Shown here piece by piece: positions 54,936 to 64,000 of a DNA stretch of 64,000 bases (positions are counted from its first letter, which is position 1; each line of letters opens with the position of its first letter). Origin of the DNA: Bugula neritina. Its lineage: Eukaryota > Animalia > Bryozoa. The position numbers and the translations under genes are program-made. The stretch spans positions 30,954,628-31,018,627 of the forward strand of contig OZ037767.1 in NCBI GenBank assembly GCA_964035545.1, in the 5' to 3' direction. The notes beneath the pieces are model-generated. The model searched no databases and was not told the origin of the DNA. It worked only from the letters and a program-made list of their open reading frames with translations.

Positions 54936-55109
54936 GATGCACCAACCAGTGTCAGCTCAGTGGCATTCCACACCAATTTCCTGTCACCACAATGAAGAAA
55001 CTGCAAATTTCCAAGTGTTTGCACATATGAAACTGGACACTGGTGTAAAGACATACATAATACATACATACAAACTATCATACATTTGAAAAAAGTTTCT
55101 CTTAAAGTT

Positions 55110-55740
55110 GTTTGACTAATAGTAATACTAATGGATAAATAATAAAATACTAAATAGTCAATATAAATATTAAAGTAAAATTATTAATAGACAATAGTTA
55201 TAGTAATAGTTACACTAACAGTATGAGCAATACTATTACAGTAATACTATTAGTAATAGTAATACTAATAGTAAATCTTATTCAAAATTTTAAAGTAAAA
55301 TTAAAAGTAAATAAAAATAAAAATGTATTAGTATTACAGTAATACTAATAGTATTAGTATTAGACTATTAGTATTGCTAGTACTTTTTAGTTTTACAGTA
55401 TTACTATTAATATTATAAATAATAATACTAATATTAATAATATTAATAAAAATACTAATACAGTAATACTAATAGTAGGGCTAATAGTAACACTAATTTG
55501 TCTAATAGTATTACTATTAGTATTAGTATTACAATTAGTATTAGTAAATTACTAATACTAATTGTAATACTAATACTAATAGTAATAGTATTATAACTAT
55601 TTGTGCTAATTAAATCCTTATGGCTAGGTTTATTAAAATAGTAATGAATAAATAGTATTGCTTATTATCATAATTAATTATTTAATATTATTAATTATAA
55701 TATAAATAGTATTATAATAATTATTATTATTATTATATAC
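55110..55740. repeat. Very AT-rich TAGTAA/TTACTA patchwork, probably in the LYRM2 5'UTR intron
   Basis: TAGTAATACTAA motifs in both orientations, between a minus-strand donor at ~55750 and an acceptor at ~55002. Confidence 0.7.
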
Positions 55741-57157
55741 CCACACTCACACCGACAGTGACTTTTGAAGACGGAAACGTCAACAATAAACTATACAGTT
55801 GAATCGCTAGCAAATCTTTCATTTATGCGAAAGACAACTCCAAAGAGATTCTATGCTAGTATCTACTTTATTATGATACCCTTTCCAATATCATATAGTT
55901 TTATTAGTTGGTATAGTATTAGTATATTATATAAGAAGTGGAAATAGATTATGTAAACATCAGTGTGCATTTGCTTTGTTTGTTGGTATGTGAAGGTGGC
56001 GGATGCATGCATGCACACATATTATGTTACTAATTAAATTTTTCTTTATATAATTCGAGTGTAAATTATATGAACTTTACAAGTAAGTGAAGATGTTGTT
56101 GTTCTGTACTGTGTACAAGGTTTAGCAGATTGTCTAGAAAATATAAAGGCTTTAATTTCGTTACATGACAGTATTTTATAAAACCAATTACTCTTGAAAC
56201 TATGTAACAAAAAGCTATGAAAGTTGTTGCACAACCCTTTTAACAGACATTTTAGTGAATCACACAACTGCAAAGAAAGTTGTTATGAATAATGTTATTT
56301 GGTTTGAAAGCTAATAATACCGTAAGAGAGCTATACCAAACAGCTATTTGCATTTTACATTGTATTTATACATTTATCTTATATTATATTTTTGCATTAT
56401 AACTATGCATTTACCAAAATATTTTAATTGGCCTTTTGAAATTAATTTATTTTTAGTTTCAAATATCTTGCAAAGACAAATCATCAATGTGTATCTACAT
56501 GTGTGTATAACAATCAAAATATTTCTATAACACATTATACTAGTATAACTAAGATGAGTTATAAATACAAATGCTATGGTGGCTAAGAAGGATTGCCTAT
56601 AGATTCAATACTGCTAATAGAAAAATATGTATAGAAAATCAATAACTTTTTAAAATAATATTGAAATGTATAGAAAAACAGGAAAAATATTTCTCATCTT
56701 TTATACAACAAAAATAAAATCAGCAGGAATTATAATATAGAAACTATGTTAGTGATTGCCATCGTTGAGTCGTATATATGTTATAGCAGCTTGAAAAATA
56801 ATGATTAATATAATAATTTATGTAATTTCAGAAGATCCAATCATAAACTATATCTTCAAATGACTCACCAGCATAAGTATATTACATAATATATTTGCTT
56901 AAACATATAAATGTTAAAAGAAATTTAAGAACTAATCACAAAATTTCAAATAATATTTATTTATTTTATTTTTACAAAGTCATGCCTAACAGTACCTATA
57001 AAATTTAAAACTTATTTGAATTACTTTGTGGCCAACAGCTAAGTTGCTGTACCAGGATGACTGTAATAAGATAAGATACTTAGACAGCTGCATATAACTT
57101 CAAACTAATTTGCAATTATAAACGTTTGGGGTATGTAGAAGGCTGTAGAAATATTGT

Positions 57158-60100
57158 TTACCACAGTTTACATTTTTTAACAGGATTCATATATGAGCCA
57201 GCTGGACACTGGAAAATCTCGGGGAAGTACAAGGAATTCTGGAACATTCCATTTACCCGAGCCTCTTTTTGAGAATGAGACAGAGAGCTTAGTGTTATAT
57301 CCAGACCAGCCTTTGTGTACTTACTGCACCAGATCTATGAAATAACATAATTAAGATAATAATACAATAAAATAATACAGATAATATACAATAAAATAAT
57401 GCAGGTAGTAATACAATAAAACAATGCAGGTAGTAATAAAATAAAATAATACAGGTAGTAATACAATAAAATAGTACAGATGATACTACAATAAAATAGA
57501 ACATATAGTATTACAATAAAATAATACAGGTAGTAATTCAATAAAATAGTAAAGGTAAAACTATAATAAAATAATACATATAGTATTGCAATAACACAAA
57601 AAGAGAGCTTGCTACATCTAAAAGGGAGTTGTTATCACTCTTCAGTAGGAAATAAAATATATGGACAATGCTACGATAGTTATAATGTACTCTGTATTGT
57701 GATACAGTGTGTAACACTCAGTGTGTAAAACACTGACATGATGAGATTACAAAAATTTGCTATGCTATATGAAATTGTTATTGAATTACTATTCATTATT
57801 AAAACATCAGCATACATGTAGAGAAAGCATTGTCAGTAACTTCATGCATTGTCTTTATGATACAATACCATAATTTACACACTATGTTCACGGAAGTCAC
57901 AATGCTATAAGTATAATTCTTGTATTACTAATATAGATATACAAAGAAATGTTATTAGTGATTATTTCATATAGAATTGTTAATTATGTATTTTACAATA
58001 TATTAAAGATAGTTATAATTATACTCTTATATACAGTATCAGACTAAACATTATTAACATAGCAACTATAAAAACATTGGAAATATAGTAGAGACCTGTG
58101 CTTGAGCCACGTAGTACTGTTTCTCCCAGGAGTCAAGGTAGGGTGATGGTAGAATCATCTCCTCTTTGTTGTCCTTCAGCCAAGTCTTGTAGGCCTGTGT
58201 ACAAATCACATGGCAGAGTTTTAGTTACACAGCACAGTGATTATATTACCTAGTAACAAAATAGTGAATAATGCCAGTTGAAGGCGTAACAAATTTCTTT
58301 TTTGTAAGAACTGAACTAGAAGATTACATTAGCAGGTAGTTTTTACCCAATATGTGCCCTTTAACTCATACATGATGCAAGTAAACATTTTCAATCACGC
58401 GCACGCACACACTGTAGGTCAGCTATGCTATAAGCAGCAGCTAATGACCTAGATGAGAGTAAGAAAACTAGAGAATCATGAACTAGTCAAACTGACAACT
58501 CAAAATAACTCAATGAGCGCTAACCTGATATACCACTTTCTCAGCTCCGTTGTCTGCAATATTCTCATCTAATGTTTGGTTTCCGTCACTCTGAATATTA
58601 GAAAACAAATTGCTAATTTAAGTTAATGCATAACTTGTGTGAGCAACAGTTAAGCTAGTTGACATAAAATTTTTTGTGTATTTCAATTGTTTCAAATAGT
58701 AAAAGCAATTATTTATGCTTCTAGTAGTTGAATAAAGCAATTAAAACTAATCAAGCATGTATGTATGTCTTGTAATATATGACTGAGGTACAGAAGCTAG
58801 TTTATTTTTATGGAGAAACATTTCTTTTTGTTATTTACTAAAATATAATTTTTCAATTTTTGAGCTTTTTTAAAATCTTTACATGATGCTATTTAGAATA
58901 CAAACTAAATTTTGCATCATCTTAACTATCAATAGACATTGAACCTTAGTTACCAACTGCACATTCTATATGTACCCCAGTACTGGTTGCTATAGACTCA
59001 AGCACTGGTTGCTATGCACTCAAGTACTGGTAACTATGCACTCAAGTACTGGTAACTATGCACTCAAGTACTGATATCAACTTACATAGAATGTGTCGTT
59101 GGTGTCATGGGGAAAGATTTCAATGTTGCTGTACTGGTTCTGGTAGCATTGCTTAGCCTTGGAGTAATTCTCATTTGATTTGTTGGTCCACCAAGAGTTT
59201 AGTAAGCCATTAATACCAAAATGCCGGCCTGGAACACAGGATATGGTATTAGACATGTGCGGTATAAAATATATTACCTGCTTGATATAGAAATTATGAA
59301 ACATTTACCTGTGTTGACAATTTTAACATATACTTATTAGCTATACTGAACTAGGAGTTTTACGTGAAGAATATTGGGTTTTTAAAAAGTGCAGCCATAA
59401 GGCAGTTTAAACAGACATCAGACTGGTTATCAACACATAATTTAGCAGTTGGCTATCTATCAGTATGTTTTAAATTTCATAGCTGCAAAACATATACCAA
59501 GTTAAGTAGCAAGCAAAATCAATCAAATAGCTGAATGTATGTTTCCATTGTTCATTTATTATACTACACCTGATATATAATAGAAACGTGTACATAAACA
59601 GATTTTAGTCTGGTGTTTAAGTTACAACTATTGTTACCTGTGTCATCAAAACCGTGTGTAAACTCATGTCCAATGGTGAAGCCCATAGAGGCAAAGTTGA
59701 TGAATGCAGGATTGTTTAAAGTGTAGAAAGCTTTCTGGAGAATTCCTGCCAGAATTGCTAAATAAAAGTAACATAAGATATTTTGCTTATATATTTTTCA
59801 TTATATAATATCTCATTTATTGTATATATTACATTTTTTATAATCTACTGCATTTTTCAGCCGTAACAAATAAGAGATAATACAGCAGACTTTTACTGTA
59901 TGTCAACAGAGTAGCAAAAACTATTCATCTAAATAATGCACACAATACAACTGTAGCATTGCGTTACTAATGACAACCATATAACAACATGTCTGCCAAC
60001 AGCTTATCTAAAACAGCTTTGCAACACAATTGTGCTGAATATTTGCTGCTTTCCTAGAGCAATATTTTACAAACAATTCAAAAATTTTAATTAAAAAAGC

Positions 60101-63100
60101 ACGAACAAAAATCCATAGTATTATACAGAAACTGTTTAAACATTCCAACACATAATTCTTTAATATATTGCAAGTTAAGTTTTCTATTATGATTATAAAT
60201 CTGCACAATGCTACATGCATTTAGATAACTAGTAGTTAGTGTACTTAGATAGCTAGTAGTTAGTGTATTTAGATAGCTAGTAGTTAGTGTACTTAGATAG
60301 CTAGTAGTTAGTGTACTTAGATAGCTAGTAGTTAGTGTATTTAGATAGCTAGTATAGTTAGTGTATTTAGATAGCTAGTAGCTAGTGTATTTAGATAACT
60401 AGTAGTTAGTGTATTTAGATAGCTAGTAGTTAGTGTACTTGGATAGCTAGTAGTTAGTTTATACTCACTGAATCTGTTCATGTTGGATGAGTAATAACCA
60501 TTTATTACATAAGAATAGTTCAACCACCTGCAGTAAACAAGTTCAGTGTAGAATTTAGTAGGCAGTATAAAGGTACATCAGACACATTATATGAAATATT
60601 TATTATAGTTGGCATTTCATACTGCATATGTTCTCATTAGAATATCAATAATACAAACTTAATATTGGTAATATAAAACACTATTTATGCTATAAAGACA
60701 TAGAAAGTTAAAGTTTAAAATATATACTTAGGTCTGACGTTTCTAGTTCATAGAATTGACTTTAATCTTGAAAAACAAAAAATCAAAAATGTAATGTACT
60801 ATATGCTAAAAACTTCCATGAGTATAAAGTACTATATCTTTCTAGCATATTGTGTCACACACCATAGCATAGTACACTACATTATATAATGTATACTACA
60901 CTATACTATATTGATATACTATAACGTATAATATAGCATAGTATACATTACATAATGTACTATATTTACATAGTATATTGTGTCACACACACCAAAACCT
61001 TCACACAAGTAATGTCAAAGACTTACAAGTCATCCCAAGTCTCAGCAGTCTGAGGTCCAATAAAGACATCTCCGAATGGGTTTCCTGTCCGAGTTTCAAT
61101 GATGTTCATGAAGAAGGAAAGACTCTCATTGGCCACAACCTAATAGAGTGGAAAAGGGTACATAGATATAATAGCCAGTCAATTCAAATAACTGGGTAAG
61201 TGGGTATAGTCCTTAAGAATCAGCTACTATTTGCCCGTGATCTGCTATAGATAGGTAAACTCCAGTGTTTTTGATGCATAGTAGTGTTTGCTTTTCATAT
61301 TTTTAGCAGCTAATTTACTAATATTGTTGTTTAAAGCATAGCAAAGTCAATCAAAATTTGATAATTTCAATTCTTTACTCATGTTAATGTTAATTACTAA
61401 TATTATTTGATTTTCACTATTTTAGTATAGTATGCTTTAACATCATTGTTGATATTTGTCCGTAAGCATTCATAACTTTTTTAAAAGTATTAAACCAACA
61501 CAAAAGATTGTTTGTATGGTTTAAAGCTGTGCGACATAAATTTAGTAACACTCATTATATAAATGATATCAGAAACAACATATAAATTATTATAAACTCT
61601 GATTGTCATGAAATAAATATTAGATACCACAAATGATAGAATACGTAAATACCCCAAAGGTTAGATCTAATAGTGTCATAGCACTATAGTTGGCATGTAT
61701 ATTTGTAGTACTAAAATGAATAGCTAAATGTATTATACTGTAAAATCCATAGTAAGTAAAGAATGGTAGAAGAATTAGTATAGTAGCTGTTATATAGCAA
61801 GTAAATTATTTTTGAAGTCCTATAATCTCATTTTGAATTGTATGCATTTACACAACCCTGTTCTTTGCGTTGGCAGAAAAGCTTGTTGAAATATGACTCA
61901 TTTACTTAGAATTATTTATAAAATATTGTATGGCGTAAGATTTTAGCAGCCAACTTTAGCTAATTTATATGTTTAAATTCTAGTTGCACCAAATTTTATG
62001 GTAACAATGTTTGAAGGCTTACATAACTTGATATATAGACTCAAGTGTAGCAAATGACATGGGAAGAGGGGAGGTAAAGTAATCGTATCTACCAAAAAGT
62101 AAGACCAACTGATATCTTACTGGATTTGTTATGTTTTCCAAGAACTCTGGGTTCTTTATGTAGTCCGGGTAGACAACTTGCGTCTCCATAGCCTTGATCT
62201 TCTCAACAGCAAACTGGCTGGTTTCCTCGTCCAACAGATCTGTCTCTTCCAGGACGGTGATGTAAGTGGCTCGTATCTTCTCTATCATCTTCTCAATCTA
62301 ACAGAAATATAGCAACATTTCATTCAGCTTCTGTATGCTGAGTGTTTATGACAATAGTCTGGCTTTGATAGTATATTTGGAGAAGTTTAAACTGCAATAA
62401 TAGACTATAAACATTTTCGAAAGTCACTTAGCAGTTAAATTAAGAATGAGTCAGTGAGTCAGTTGTAGTTACTTTATATTGTATTGTATATTGTATTGTA
62501 TATTGTATTGAATTGTATATTGTATTGTATAAATGTATTATTAACATGCAATGCATTGCAGTAATTTGTGCTGTGCATCATATCCTTTTAAAATCCTAAC
62601 GCGTTGTTTACTCTCAAGGAACAACACGAAGAGTAAAAACTACAGTCACATTCTATTCAGATAGAATCGTATATATAGCTCATGACTATTACACTCACGT
62701 CGCTAACAATGGCATCTTCATCTTGCACGTAGTCCTCTATGAACCATTTAGACAGAACGTAAGATACCTGCAGCTTGAGCTGCTCCACACAGAACTGCCA
62801 TCTTGGCATTGGCTGCCAGGTTGTACGCTGAAGCTGTAACACCAGCAGAATTTAACATCACCTTATAATCAAATGTAAACAGTTTAGGACAAAAATCTTG
62901 ATAATTGCCAAGTTCTCTGAAGGTGAAGTCCCCTATATAAGGTTGTAGAACCTCAAATTATTCAAAGTGTAAAAAAATAAAATACAGATAGTTTTGTACA
63001 AATTACAAGTTGCAACTAGGTTTGTGGTCTGCAAGTTGGAATGAGAATCTTCCAACCATATCACACTAATCAAGAGATAAAACTATCACCAGTTACTATA

Positions 63101-63994
63101 CTACAGAGTATAGAGTTTGTCAGCTAATGTATAACGCTCACACAATATAGGAAATGCTGCTTAATAACTACAAATTCGAGAACTCTTGCAACAAAAAACT
63201 AAAAATTAGTAACTACTATGTGCTTACTTATATAGTTGAGTTAGTTTTGAAAATAGCAGTGTCCATTGTAAAGATTAGCACAAGCTATAAGTTAGGCAAA
63301 CTTACCACGAGTCTGTTTAACAGGTTATCAAGGAATGATCTGTATTTATAAGGAAAGTACTGCAAGTTTTGAAGCACCATGGCGAACTTGAGAAAGTTGT
63401 CTAGCGATCTAAAAGTGTAGTAGGTAATGAAAAACATTAAGCAATTTGTGAGTTGCTAACCAATAGTTTTATGAAAAATAAACAATATATTATCTTGAAA
63501 TTTTATTAAAAAGCAAAAAGGGGAAGTTAGTGATGTAAAAGTTTTTTAGCCAAAGCAGGAAAGAATATAAATTTCATAGTTCAAGATTGTGTGATCTATT
63601 TAAATGCTAGTATTCCTTCTATGAGAAATTAGGTTTAAGATGGTATACGAGGTGACGTTTTGAGAACAGAAGCTCTGCCTTCATCAACTTCTTAGCAGTG
63701 TGAGATAAACATTTTTCTCAAATGTGTTGCTAAACTGAGGCTATATAATTACAAAAGTTATTGGAAAAGGTTATGTGGTCTACCCTGTTATGAGACATAA
63801 TGTTGTGAAGTTTAACTGTTAATGCAAGTAAAAATATTTTCAACAAATAATGGGATAGCTGTATAATAATACCTGTTGTTCCAAGTAGGGAGAATTGTTT
63901 CTAAAGCTAATATATAAGCTTTGTTATTCACTGTTATGGCTTTTGGTGTCTCTTTACCATCTAAAACAGCCTCAATCACTCTGTGCCAGTCAAT
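57158..63994 (-). CDS. M13 zinc metallopeptidase (neprilysin/ECE-like), 3' part; gene continues beyond the window
   Basis: Eleven visible exons with RWQFCV, INGYYSSNMN (VNAFY-equivalent), LAGILQ, IGHEFTHGFD (HExxH), ENIADNG, HSQKEARV and C-terminal FQCPAGSYMNPVKKCKLW*. Confidence 0.93.
57340..57595. repeat. ~25-bp intronic minisatellite next to the last acceptor of the M13 gene
   Basis: AATAATACAGGTAGTAATACAATAA-like units. Confidence 0.8.
58975..59072. repeat. Short intronic tandem repeat next to an M13 donor
   Basis: GCACTCAAGTACTGGTAACTAT x4. Confidence 0.8.
60222..60458. repeat. 24-bp intronic minisatellite, about 10 copies
   Basis: TTAGATAGCTAGTAGTTAGTGTA(C/T) units starting about 10 nt inside an M13 donor. 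Confidence 0.9.
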
Positions 63995-64000
63995 CTGTAA

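Overview
AT-rich, intron-rich eukaryotic DNA, most likely from an invertebrate animal (inference). The left end is a nested transposon stack: a Gypsy/Ty3 pol fragment, cut by a probable CMC/EnSpm-type end, followed by a complete 3.8-kb TTAA-flanked Kolobok-type DNA transposon with an intact 662-aa transposase. Six spliced host genes could be reconstructed by hand: a TspO-like multipass membrane protein (+); an unrecognised 701-aa type-I receptor (-) with a CBM39-like head, mucin stalk, TM helix and 14-Tyr tail; a serine/aspartate racemase (+) with an AspR-like 'SSC' loop; a type-II membrane glucosidase with two tandem trefoil+GH31 units (+) showing patchy gene conversion; LYRM2 (-); and the 3' part of an M13 neprilysin/ECE-like peptidase (-). 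The best leads are the putative beta-glucan-sensing Tyr-signalling receptor, recurrent tandem repeats that copy splice junctions (decoy splice-site arrays), and a degenerate copy of the transposase 3' CDS inside the Kolobok end. All homology calls come from motif recognition, not database searches.
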